A stretch of DNA of 63,669 nucleotides, filler included, from Octopus bimaculoides (taxonomy: Eukaryota), in the NCBI RefSeq assembly GCF_001194135.2. It is 6 parts of 4 records of this genome, joined end to end, with 100 filler letters (N's around TTAATTAATTAA, not from the genome) between each part and the next. Parts side by side here need not be neighbours in the genome. Positions count along the whole stretch, not along the records: positions 1 to 21,422 come from NC_068992.1; positions 21,523 to 35,014 come from NC_068982.1; 4 more parts are not named here. The stretch is one strand, 5' to 3'. Made by a program: the position numbers and the translations under genes. Shown piece after piece: positions 12,101 through 22,507 of this stretch. The notes under the pieces are model-generated. The model made no database searches and was not told the DNA's origin. It saw only the letters and a list, made by a program, of their open reading frames with translations. Position 1 is the stretch's first letter. Every line of letters starts with the position of its first letter.

Positions 12101-15100
12101 NNNNNNNNNNNNNNNNNNNNNNNNNNNNNNNNNNNNNNNNNNNNNNNNNNNNNNNNNNNNNNNNNNNNNNNNNNNNNNNNNNNNNNNNNNNNNNNNNNNN
12201 NNNNNNNNNNNNNNNNNNNNNNNNNNNNNNNNNNNNNNNNNNNNNNNNNNNNNNNNNNNNNNNNNNNNNNNNNNNNNNNNNNNNNNNNNNNNNNNNNNNN
12301 NNNNTGCAAGCTGAGTTTAGTGTCCAATGAAGGAAGGTTGGCATGGTTACCAGTCAACGAATTTGGTTCAATTTTCAATTTCGATTTCACTTGCCTCAAC
12401 GGGTCTTCGCAAGCAGGGTTTTGTGTCCAAAGAAGGACAGGTACGCATAAGTGGGCTGGCTACACCCTTGGTAAAGGCCACAGGTTATGGTCTCACTTGT
12501 CTTGCTGGGTCTTCTCACGCACAGCATATTTCCAAAGGTCTCGGTCACAAGTCATTGCCTCGGTGAGGCCTAATGTTCGGAGGTCTTGCTTCATCACCTC
12601 ATCCCAGGTCTTCCTGGGTCTACCTCTTCCACGAGTACCCTCAACCGCAAGGCTGTGGCACTTTTTATGTGCATATGTGTATACATACAGATATATATAT
12701 ATATGCATAAACATATATGCACATATGTGCATGCTTTGTATTCACTTGTTTCAATTTGTCTTAATGTATTTTCTTACACTATTCAATATTAAGTTAGTTA
12801 CCACCAAATTTAATTTCATAATATAATTTTCTCGTTGGGTTCTTCTTCCATTGCTGAAACTTTATGAAATAAAACAAAACAAAAAAACACCAGAAAAATT
12901 GCAAAACAAGGCAAAAAAAGAAAAAAAATCAAAAGTGTAAATTTCAATTAATAGCAAGAGAATTAATTTTAACGAATCAGTCTTGCTAGGCTTTGATTAC
13001 TGGATCTCAATTGTTGTAATTATCATGAGCTACTTAGAATTGAATGCTATGGTAATGCTTGACGAAGTTAAGTATCTAATTGTCTTGTATTTTTTTTAAC
13101 TCTCATTATTAGTTCCAAGTTATGAATTAACAGATCTGCAATCTAGTGAAGTGGAAAATTTCCGTGTAAGGATCAAGGCTTACTGTGATAAGATTGTTCT
13201 AGAAAGGGATCACTTGGTAAGAAATTTTTTACTATTATTTTTTATCTTTCTTACTTGTTTCAGTCATTGAACTTTCAGCCATGTTGGGGTACCACCTTGA
13301 AGGGTTTTGTCTTCTTAGAAGATTTTTTTGTTTGTTTTGCAAATACTTGGTGACCCTGTCAGTGCAGATGCCACTCAAAAGCACACAGTCCACACTGTAA
13401 AGTGGTTGGTGTTTGGAAGGGCATCCAGCTGTAAAAACGTTGCCAAAACTGACCTTGCTGGTGCTTGTGCCATGTAAAAAGCACTAAGTCAACTCTGCTG
13501 AGTGGTTGATGTTTGGAAGAGCATCCAGCTGTAAAAATCCTGCCAAAACAGTTACAGAAGTTTGGTGCAGGCTTCTGCCTGACCAGCTCTTGTGAAACTG
13601 CCCTACCCATGCTAGCATGGAAGGCAGACGTTAAATGACGTCGACAATGATGATGATGATGATGATGAAGGTGACCCCTGGACTTGTGTTATTTTATTAG
13701 TTTTTTTCCTTTTCTGGAACGCATTATCTATGACTTGCTGGTTGACCAGATTACTAATGATATTGCAGAGACCCTGATGCTATCCCTTTCCAAAATTAGG
13801 TGAGATAAATTGTTCCTGTTTGTTTGACCCTTTCATTTCTGTATTTATTTTTAGATGCTCTGTGTTTCTTTCGATTACTTTAAATATAACAAAGAACTTT
13901 GTAAAATAACTTAGTTATCATTCAGCTGGTGTTAGGAACATAAATTGTGACTAAGGTTTGGTGGAAGATTTTAATTCAGAACTTTAATTCAGAAAAGAAG
14001 ACATTTGTACTCAGAGCCAGAGCCAATTTCAGCTGGGTTGGTCACGAAAGGGTTAACTCTTTAACATTCAAATCATTCTGTCAAATGTAATCCATATTTA
14101 TTCATATTGTTTTGAATTAATTATGCATTATCTCATAGCTTTGAAAATTTTTGATAACATGACTGTTTATTTTTAGAATGACATTGTAGGGTAGGTGTGA
14201 GAGGCTGGATTGGGCCAATTTGAACATAAAACAGGGAGAACATTTGGGCTTGATATGGCTTGTTTAAGTGCCAAAGGGATAATTGAACTCTTTTATATCT
14301 ACATGATAATTTGTTAGTCTTAGAATTAGCAAGATTTTCTTCTAAATATGTAAATAAATTTTTGAGCAATACCTTCTAGATTTCTTAAAGTTATCTCCCT
14401 TTTTCCTAGAGGGTCTCTAACAGTTACCTGAAAGATTAATTAAGAAACTTTTTTTATGCTGCACATCCAATGCAATTGCACCTTAATTTATTTATACCAT
14501 GACACACAGTATCTGATTCTTCTCATTGATCCTGTTTAGAATTGACACTTATAATCATCATCGTCGTTTAACGTCCGCTTTCCATGCTAGCATGGGTTGG
14601 ACGATTTGACTGAGGAATGGTGAAACCGGATGGCAACACCAGGCTCCAATCTAATTTGGCAGAGTTTCTACAGCTGGATGCCCTTCCTAACGCCAACCAC
14701 TCAGAGAGTGTAGTGGGTGCTTTTACGTGTCACCCGCACGAAGGCCATTCAGGCGGTACTGGCAATGAAACTTTTAATGAATAATGTATAAAAACTGTTT
14801 TTTTTTTTTTGTTTGTTTTTCACTGCAGGGACAAACACAAAGCATGAGAGACCAACATAGAGTAGATGTAGGCATCTTCAAAACAAAACTGGATCTCCTC
14901 TTATCAAGGGTTCGGGATGAACCCACCTCACACAGATAAGGGCAGCAATGTCAAACTCCTTCATTTGCTAAATGTCACACATCAGAGGAGGTTTGGTGAA
15001 AGTGCAGCAAAGCCACAGCTCTCGAGCTGAAACTAGAAAAGAAAAGAAAGACAAAGAAAGACAAAATATAGAAGTTTGTAGACTTTCTCCGGTTATTTTG

Positions 15101-15863
15101 GTTTTAACTTTTTTTTTTTTTTCTTGTAGGGATGGGATGAAAGAATTAGATACTGCTTCCCTCCTCGGCTGTGTAAAAAAGAATTGAGAACAACGATTAT
15201 AGAGAAATTGAATGCAGAGAAACTAACTGAGGGTTATTTTTCAATTGAGGTCTCTCGAGACAAAAAGGTATGTTCACTTCATTATCTATTTCTGTGTTGA
15301 TAAATTGATCAGCAACATGTGTTATTATAAAGACGGTGAGCTGGCAGAAACGTTAGCACGCCAGGCAAAATGCTTAGCGGTATTTCGCCTGCCGTTACGT
15401 TCTGAGTTCAAATTCCGCCGAGGTCGACTTTGCCTTTCATCCTTTCGGGGTCGATAAATTAAGTACCAGTTACGCACTGGGGTCGATGTAATTGACTTAA
15501 TCCCTTTGTCTGTCCTTATTTGTCCCCTCTATGTTTAGCCCCTTGTGGGTAATAAAGAAATAAGAAATGTTAGTACACCAGGTGAAATGCTTAGCGGTTT
15601 TTCATCTGTCTTTATGTTCTGAGTTCAAATTCCTCTGAGGTCAACTTTGCCATTCATCCTTTCAGGGTACTGGGGTCAATGTAATCAACTGGACCCCTCC
15701 CCCAAAATTTTGGGCCTTGTGCTTAGAGTAGAAAAGAATATGTGTTGTTGTACGCATTTACTTGTTTCAGCCACTGGACTATGGCTATACTGGGACACTA
15801 TTTTTTTAAATTGGTTAGTCAAATAAATTAGCTGTAGTACTTCCTTGTTAATTGTTGTTGTTG

Positions 15864-15918
<55 letters not shown>

Positions 15919-18138
15919 GGCAGTGAGCTGGTAGAATCATTAGCACACTGGACAAAATGTTTAGAAGCATTTTCTCTGCCTTTATGTTCAAAGTTCAAAT
16001 TCTGTGGGTTGACTTTGTCTTTCACCGTTTCTGAGTTGATAAAATAAGTACCTGTTGAATACTGGGGTAATCGACTTATCCCCTTCCCCAAAACTGCTGC
16101 CCTTGTTGCAAAATTTGAAACCATTATTATTATTATTATCATTATTGAGTGAGAAAGTAGTGCATGCCATCAAAGTGACACTGGGGTAAAATATACGAAG
16201 CCCAAAATACCCATCATGACTACTCGTCTGATAAGGGTACACCAGATGCATGCATCGCAACCACATGTGCATGACATGGTGCTCTCATATCAAGATAAAC
16301 AGCGCATGACCTTGCAGGTGGGGCCCAGTTAGAATTTTCTTTAGGTTGAGTGGCCCTTTCCACTCAAAAGGTCCCTGAATAAGGGTTGTTTAAGGATGTT
16401 GAACAAAACACCCATGTTTCCAGAGGAATTATTGAAACCCCACAAAATTCCTTTCAGTACATGGCTATGATGCTCCCCCACTACTTCTGCTCATGATCAG
16501 AGATGCACATATTGTCAGCCACCAAGGGACATGCTCAACTTGTTAAGGTCAAACAACTGACAAGCAAATCTGTGGTATTGAGCAGAATACTTGCTGTAGC
16601 CCATCTTTTATACCAAGACAAAACAATGTACATGATAACACTTCCAATCAGTTAATTATTGTTATTGAAAAGCGGACGTTAAACGATGATGATGATGATG
16701 ATGAACTAACGGTCCTGTTAAAGTGCTCAGGGTCTGGTTTTGGTCCTGACCTTCAGGTTGATAAGAACTGGGATGAGATGGCAAACAGGATGGCCAGCCT
16801 TACCCAGAAATGGGCTGAAAGAAAGCTGTCCCTGAGAGGTTGGGCGAAGGTGACAAATGATTACATCACCTCTGTTATCATTTATCGCCTGACCACCATG
16901 CCTTGTCCAAGTTACTGCTTGACCAGTTTGGAACATCTCTTATTTAAATTCTTGTGGAAGGGACGTGTTCCAATGGTCAGGCAGTCAATCTGTTGCCAGC
17001 ATCCTCTGAGTGGCAGATTAGGTATGCTGACATGTGCTTAGATTACACCACCTGCAACGATTTCTGGGTGGTGAGTGTGTGTGGGTTCCATTTGTGAGGT
17101 TCATCTTTCCGCAGCTCATTTCCTTGACAGAGCTGCAGTCCTGTGTGAAGAAAGCAGGGAGACTGGCTGCCTGGCACCTAGAGTGTCGTCAGGCACTCAC
17201 AACCTTCTACCAGTTGGGCAATGGGATCAGTGGATGTTTTATATTAGAAATTTATAGAGGATTAGTGGTGGGGAAGTGCAATGACATTCCCAGGGAGACA
17301 CTGGGAGCTGACGAGAATGACCTAGCTAGTCTGTTCCAGAGGACTTTCTGGTCGGGAACTATTATGGATAATTTTCAGATCTCCTTGGCCTGGCAGTGCT
17401 ACTGGTGGTGGTGGTGGGGGGGGCACTACCGGTTCGAGATAAGCTCTACAGGCATGGATCTGCTGTCAGACAGACTTGTCCGAGGTGCACGCAGAGTGAT
17501 GAAATCATTCTGCACACCCTCGTTCAGTGTCTGGGAATTGCTGACTTGAGGGGTTATGCTGAACAGCTGCTGTCACGTGTGGGACGGATCCGTCTGTTGG
17601 CCGAGTTTGTAGTGATGATCGCACCGCCACCCTCCTTCAATCGGATAGGCAAGGCAGTTTTCCTTTGCCTGGTGGCTGTGGCAAAAGAGGTTGTTTGGTG
17701 GACAAGGCTGAAAGGCATGAGGACAGATACATTGAAAAGGAAATTGAGAGTGGAGAGCAAAGTGCTGTCCTTGAGTGAGTTTATTGAGAGGCGGGTGAAA
17801 GTTGTGAAAATGGCAAGAGTGGATGGTGCCTCTCTAAGTGTAGTCCTGTGAGTCGGAGAGAAGGAATTGGAAGGGGCACTTGCTCATAGGGTCTCTGGGA
17901 AATTCCGGACAGTGGGGTTCCTCGATTATCCCTAGAGGCATTCCTGTATCAAGAGGGCCACATCTCTATCATCCCCCCACTTTTTTTTAACTTGGTATGC
18001 TATGCATATATGTCACTGAGTATACATTTTTTTTTATCATTTCATTATTATCTGTAAATCCCCACACTTTATGTCTGTCTCTGTATTGTCCCTCTCATCC
18101 TTCACCCTTCTGGCAAATAAATGAAATCATCATCATCA

Positions 18139-18173
<35 letters not shown>

Positions 18174-20131
18174 ATTGTTGGGTTTTTATTTTTGTAAATC
18201 TAGGTTGTCAAAGAAGAAGTATTGTGCAGCTTTTACCCAAAACAGTTAGTGTCTGATCTGGTAAAAAGAAGAGCTAAGGAGCTGGGACTTAAAGATTTGG
18301 ATGCTACTAACTATTTGCTCAAAGTATCAGGATTGGATGAATATTTATATGGAAACCATGCTCTCATAGATTTTAAGGTATTCTTCCTTTTATGTTTTGG
18401 ACATATTGTAAAGCGGTGAGCTGGCAGAACCTTTAATGCATTGTACAAAATGATTAACAACATTTTATTCATTTTTATGTTCTGAGTTCAAATTCTGCTG
18501 AGGTTGACTTTGCCTTTCACCCTTTCAGGGTCGAGGTAATTCTGTACCAGTTGAACACTGCAATCATCAGGCTTTGAGTGCATAGTAGAAAGGATTATTA
18601 TTAACATTATTAAAAAGGCAGTGAGCTAGCAGAATCGTTAGCATCCTGGACGATACAACTTAGTGGTATATCACCTGTCGCTTCGTTCTGACTTCAAATT
18701 CTGTTGAGACTGACTTTGCGTTTCATCCTTTCAGGGNNNNNNNNNNNNNAGCTAGCAGAATCGTTAGCATCCTGGACGATACAACTTAGTGGTATATCAC
18801 CTGTCGCTTCGTTCTGACTTCAAATTCTGTTGAGACTGACTTTGCGTTTCATCCTTTCAGGGTTGATAAATTGAGTACCAGTGAAACACTGGGGTTGATA
18901 TAACTGACTAGTTCCCTCCCACAAAATTTCAGGCCTTGTGCTTATAGTAGAAAGGATTATTATTATTATTACTATTATTATTGAGTGAGAGAGCAGTCCA
19001 TGCCATCAAAGTGACACTGGTGTAAAATATACAAAGCCCATTATTATTACTATTATTATTATTATTATTATTAAGGCAGTGAGCTGGCAGAATTGTTAGC
19101 ATGCTGGGTGAAATGCTTAGCGGTATTTTGTCTGCTGTTACATTCCGAGTTCAAATTTCGCCGAGGTTGACTTTGCCTTACATCTTTTCGGGGCGGATGA
19201 AATTAGTACCAGTTACACACTGAGGTCGATGTAATCGACTTAATCCCTTCCCCCAAATTTGAGGCCTTGTGCTTCCAGTNNNNNNNNNNNNNNNNNNNNN
19301 NNNNNNNNNNNNNNNNNNNNNNNNNNNNNNNNNNNNNNNNNNNNNNNNNNNNNNNNNNNNNNNNNNNNNNNNNNNNNNNNNNNNNNNNNNNNNNNNNNNN
19401 NNNNNNNNNNNNNNNNNNNNNNNNNNNNNNNNNNNNNNNNNNNNNNNNNNNNNNNNNNNNNNNNNNNNNNNNNNNNNNNNNNNNNNNNNNNNNNNNNNNN
19501 NNNNNNNNNNNNNNNNNNNNNNNNNNNNNNNNNNNNNNNNNNNNNNNNNNNNNNNNNNNNNNNNNNNNNNNNNNNNNNNNNNNNNNNNNNNNNNNNNNNN
19601 NNNNNNNNNNNNNNNNNNNNNNNNNNNNNNNNNNNNNNNNNNNNNNNNNNNNNNNNNNNNNNNNNNNNNNNNNNNNNNNNNNNNNNNNNNNNNNNNNNNN
19701 NNNNNNNNNNNNNNNNNNNNNNNNNNNNNNNNNNNNNNNNNNNNNNNNNNNNNNNNNNNNNNNNNNNNNNNNNNNNNNNNNNNNNNNNNNNNNNNNNNNN
19801 NNNNNNNNNNNNNNNNNNNNNNNNNNNNNNNNNNNNNNNNNNNNNNNNNNNNNNNNNNNNNNNNNNNNNNNNNNNNNNNNNNNNNNNNNNNNNNNNNNNN
19901 NNNNNNNNNNNNNNNNNNNNNNNNNNNNNNNNNNNNNNNNNNNNNNNNNNNNNNNNNNNNNNNNNNNNNNNNNNNNNNNNNNNNNNNNNNNNNNNNNNNN
20001 NNNNNNNNNNNNNNNNNNNNNNNNNNNNNNNNNNNNNNNNNNNNNNNNNNNNNNNNNNNGTACATGATAAGACTTCCAATCAGTTAAGATCAAAAGCCAT
20101 GAGAGCCACTGCCTGGTACTGCATCCGGGCA

Positions 20132-20171
<40 letters not shown>

Positions 20172-20265
20172 ATATTTGTTTTGCATTTATTTCAGTTTAT
20201 TTATGAATGTCTTCACAAGGACTCTGTTCCCAGGGTATGTTTGGTGACTCGGTCGGAAGTTTCTT
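1907..20265 (+). CDS. Class I phosphoinositide 3-kinase catalytic subunit (p110, PIK3CA/B/D-like), 5' partial gene: join(1907..2047,8343..8438,10454..10586,13113..13216,15130..15267,18204..18377,20196..20265)
   Basis: Seven AG/GT-bounded exons join in compatible phases (0,0,1,0,0,0,1) into an uninterrupted 285-codon frame. It reads MVVVVVPDVSSEVDNKGLINFDFLMPNGILIAMKVDFYCATFEKIKQ|DLWQEASKQPLYSLL...|EEVLWESHSL...LDRRINSLIS|IPSYELTDLQSSEVENFR...|GWDERIRYCFPP...|...YLLKVSGLDEYLYGNHALIDFK|FIYECL. This is colinear with the p110 adaptor-binding domain, linker and Ras-binding domain. Paralog identity is not resolvable by eye. C2, helical and kinase exons lie beyond the scaffold end at 21422. Confidence 0.92.
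4565..4708. repeat. Foldback: 55/56-nt inverted arms made of two partial hammerhead-like copies
   Basis: Arms 4565-4619 and 4653-4708 are reverse complements with one substitution and one indel. The spacer contains a perfect 18-bp palindrome gttagaaaattttctaac (4633-4650). Confidence 0.85.
5232..5455 (+). mobile_element. SINE/LINE-tail family C with (GAT)n tail; other copies at about 3330-3920, 13370-13670, 20740-20955, 52880-53140 (+) and 1160-1470, 11697-11941, 14557-14765 (-)
   Basis: Shared ggttggygtyaggaagggcatccagctgta core and ccatgctagcatggaaagcggacgttaaacgatgatgat end. Confidence 0.85.
6996..7349 (+). mobile_element. mariner transposon 3' remnant
   Basis: Encodes HPPYSPDLAP followed by YHLFPNMKKHL, disrupted; similar to the 3' part of the element at 33764-34700. 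Confidence 0.8.
7385..7770 (-). mobile_element. tRNA-derived SINE family B with internal microsatellite; other copies at about 8845-9290, 10000-10275, 41630-42160, 45270-45480, 48870-49030, 59095-59243 (-) and 1625-1790, 2500-2910, 7845-8270, 50389-50650, 53392-53560 (+)
   Basis: Head gtggctgtgtggtaag...gggttcagtccc, CORE-like accttgggcaagtgtcttc, then an (AT/AC)n tract and a 3' part ending gactgaaacaagtaaaa. Confidence 0.85.
8343..8438 (+). CDS. PI3K p110 exon (ABD: DLWQEASKQPLYSLLRSYEEYAFQFINNQGKR)
   Basis: Long pyrimidine tract + AG at 8341-8342; 96 nt; GT at 8439. Matches p110 LWxxxxxxPLxxLLxxxxxYxF. Confidence 0.9.
9440..9720 (+). mobile_element. RTE-clade LINE 3' remnant
   Basis: Degenerate LFGHVA...EDPAG...PH..W segment typical of the RTE ORF C-terminus; stops and frameshifts. 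Confidence 0.5.
10454..10586 (+). CDS. PI3K p110 exon (end of ABD: EEVLWESHSLSEIQLCATCLKLIEKELNNERRYSLDRRINSLIS)
   Basis: ctaacag acceptor after poly-T; 133 nt; a|gtgagt donor, phase 1. Colinear with p110 EExxDETRRLCD...LKLI...LDxxIGxLIG. Confidence 0.88.
10721..11106 (-). mobile_element. tRNA-derived SINE with (CAA)n tail
   Basis: Minus-strand head ggcgcaatggcccagtgattagggcagcggactc...ggtttcgattccc with A and B boxes; tail tgttgttgtt on +. Confidence 0.75.
11120..11452 (-). mobile_element. tRNA-derived CORE-like SINE; related copy at about 8515-8745
   Basis: Minus-strand head ggcacatggctcagtggtta...gagttcaactcc followed by tgtgttgtgttcttgarcaa core. Confidence 0.65.
12305..12665 (-). mobile_element. 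RTE-clade LINE 3' end with 3' UTR
   Basis: KCHSLAVEGTRGRGRPRKTWDEVMKQDLRTLGLTEAMTCDRDLWKYAV, the typical RTE C-terminal RxRGRPxxxW motif. Confidence 0.8.
13113..13216 (+). CDS. PI3K p110 exon (ABD-RBD linker: IPSYELTDLQSSEVENFRVRIKAYCDKIVLERDHL)
   Basis: attag acceptor; 104 nt; phase 1 in, phase 0 out; ttg|gtaaga donor. Matches p110 GLHEFDSLKDPEVNEFR spacing. Confidence 0.88.
14829..14970 (+). mobile_element. Probable CR1/L2-type LINE 3' fragment
   Basis: FKTKLDLLLSRVRDEP resembles the FKxxLDxxLxxxPDEP terminal motif of such LINEs (recalled, not searched). Confidence 0.4.
15130..15267 (+). CDS. PI3K p110 exon (start of RBD: GWDERIRYCFPPRLCKKELRTTIIEKLNAEKLTEGYFSIEVSRDKK)
   Basis: Poly-T + cttgtag acceptor; 138 nt; aag|gtatgt donor; phase 0/0. 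WxxxxxYxFPP motif as in p110 beta/delta. Confidence 0.87.
16144..16655. mobile_element. Repeat family D, always adjacent to (ATT)n; fragments also at 18980-19040, 20060-20132 and 38569-38586
   Basis: Shared attgagtgagaragyagtscatgccatcaaagtgacactgg left end and gtacatgataasacttccaatcagttaa...ggtactgcatcmgggcat right end. Confidence 0.65.
16724..18125 (+). mobile_element. Tx1/L1-clade LINE, 5'-truncated and frameshifted, in a PI3K intron
   Basis: WAERKLSLRGWAKV...LFKFLWKGR...GRLG post-RT motifs, CPRC...H...C zinc knuckle, 3' UTR ending aataaa...(atc)n(att)n. Confidence 0.85.
18204..18377 (+). CDS. PI3K p110 exon (Ras-binding domain, ...YLLKVSGLDEYLYGNHALIDFK)
   Basis: aaatctag acceptor; 174 nt; aag|gtattc donor; phase 0/0. 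Classic RBD YxLxVxGxxEYxxGxxxLxxF motif. Confidence 0.93.
20196..20265 (+). CDS. PI3K p110 exon (end of RBD: FIYECLHKDSVPRVCLVTRSEVS)
   Basis: tttatttcag acceptor; 70 nt; t|gtaagt donor, phase 1. Corresponds to p110 YIxxCxxxxxxPxxxL. Confidence 0.85.
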
Positions 20266-21422
20266 GTAAGTATTCTGTATATTGTTGTTGTGTTTTGTTG
20301 TTTCTTCTCAAGTATCTTTCTCCTCCTGCACACCATTGTGGCCACCGCCACTATGATGACGATGGTCATCATCATCATCACTATAACTATTATCATGACT
20401 GCCACCACCATCATCATTATCACCACCACTGTTCCATTTATCATCACCACACACACATACGCGCGTATACATATACAAACACACATGTACATGTGTATAT
20501 ATACACACACACATCTGTTTGTTTGCTTGGAAATGAGTCAGGGTTGGCAGTTAGCAGGGCATCAGGCTGTAGAAAATATGCTTCAATAAAGTCCTTCAAA
20601 TCCATGGAAGCATGGAAAAGAAACCATTAAAAGAATGATGACACAGTTCCACATTAATTTCATGAGCAGGCTGTTCCATTGATCAGATCTGCTCGAACCC
20701 TCATCATTGTAACCGACAGAGTGCCACATATATATATATATTGGTGCCACATAAAGAGCACTTATGCCAGTTGCACATTAAAAGCTCCTAGTACACACAC
20801 TGTAAAGTGGTTGGCATTAAGAAGGGCATCCAGCTGTAGAAACCAAGCCAAATCAAACTGGAATCTGGTGAAGTTTTTCAGCTTGCCAGTTCTGGTCAAA
20901 CTGTCCAATCCATGCTAGCATGGAAAATGGATATTAAATGATGATGAGGATGATATACACACATACATGCATGCATATATGTATATATATATATATCGCC
21001 GGCAGCCGCGCCCTCGCAGGCGGTGCTGACGACTGTCGTGGACGAGCCACGCGACAGGAGACCTTTCTTCCGGGTGTGCACGACAGGAGACACCGACGCG
21101 GATACGTGCATATATATGTATGTATACGTTCGTATATGTGGGTATACTGTGTGTTTATATATATATATTTGTATTTATGTGCTTTTCTGAGTATATTCCA
21201 CCGATGAAGGCAAAGCATTTATTATGCAAAGCCAGAAATCCGGGATCTGGAATTATCCAGTTATTTTTACTAGTTTATTTTGTCTTCGCTCTTTGTGCTA
21301 TATGAACATTTATTGTGGTTTAGAGTCAAGATTTGACTGCTATTTTTCAGCGTGGCGGTATCTCTTAGATACCCTATATTATAATTATATATATGGACTG
21401 GCTCTTGTGCGGGTGGCACATA

Positions 21423-21522
21423 NNNNNNNNNNNNNNNNNNNNNNNNNNNNNNNNNNNNNNNNNNNNTTAATTAATTAANNNNNNNNNNNNNNNNNNNNNN
21501 NNNNNNNNNNNNNNNNNNNNNN
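21423..21522. other. Artificial scaffold-joining spacer (44 N + TTAATTAATTAA + 44 N); identical spacers at 35015-35114, 45764-45863, 50289-50388 and 53596-53695
   Basis: Exact 100-nt structure five times; the 12-mer gives stops in all six frames. Confidence 0.97.
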
Positions 21523-22086
21523 TTATAGGATACCGTTAATATGATTATTCGTATTAAGATTTAAAAGAAAACAACGGAAGCTTTTTTTTTTTACATGTGC
21601 AAATTTAAATATCAGCTAAATAAACCTATGAATAAATAATAGAATAATGGCACATTTCTATATTAGCCACAGAATTTTAGACTGAATTAGACGAAAAATG
21701 TCATGTTAGCGATCGCTTCAAATGAATCAATAGTTTGAACTAATGTAAAACATAGTGAGATTCCGTCATTTGGCATAAAAAGAAAGTTTCCCCAGTTGTA
21801 ATATTTTAAGTAGTAAATATTTTTTCTTTACCACATCATACTGAGACTTATACCCCCAGTAAAGAACAAACGGTTCTAAGAAAGGAGGTAGGGAAACAGG
21901 AAAATGTATATTTGCTCGATGAGGAAATAGGTGACCTGGCTCGTACTACGCTACCCTGAAATCACAGTCACTACTCCGTCCATTCAGCTTATATAAATAT
22001 ATTGTAATACGTCACGACATGCCAAGGCATAACCAATCTCGAGCCGACTAAAGACTTGTGAGTGGATTTCGCAGACGAGAACTGTC

Positions 22087-22507
22087 ATTATTCAGTTTAT
22101 TACAAGATTTCTTGTCAATAAAGAAACGGTTTCTAACCTAGATCCAAGGCTCTTTCATTGGAATTTCAACATCAACAACAGGGTATTCTTGTTTATATGT
22201 ATGCATGCATGTATGTATGTATGTATGTATGTATGTATGCATGTATGTATATATGTGTGTGTGTATGTGTATGTATGTATGTATGTATGTATTTATGTAC
22301 AGATTTGTATGTTTTATGTATGTATTCTCATGCATATAGTAGCATATCTAGACATTCATATGTATTTAAATAATAAACTTCTGGAAAGTTTTACAGATTT
22401 TTACAGTTCCAGTGATGGATTGGATCTGTAATCTTCGAATTAGCTTTCTTCTTTCTGATTTTGAGAAGCATATTTCTCAAGATTGGTATTTAGGCAGTGT
22501 GGTACAT
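22087..22507 (+). repeat. Left copy of a ~0.4-kb repeat with internal (TATG)n, inverted relative to 25748-26115
   Basis: Colinear reverse-complement similarity over the full length (e.g. ttacagttccagtgatggattggat; tttctcaagattggtatttaggcagtgt). Confidence 0.85.

Noticed and set aside
14590-14625. CTGAGGA-atggt-GAAAC in SINE family C resembling a hammerhead core
   Set aside because: No stem II can form and there is no matching stem I or UH site; likely coincidence.
18627-18860. Apparent ~110-bp tandem duplication around a short gap
   Set aside because: Same unmerged-overlap artefact.
21467-21478. TTAATTAATTAA as a biological motif (piggyBac TTAA target or regulatory site)
   Set aside because: Always centred in exactly 44+44 N; synthetic spacer.
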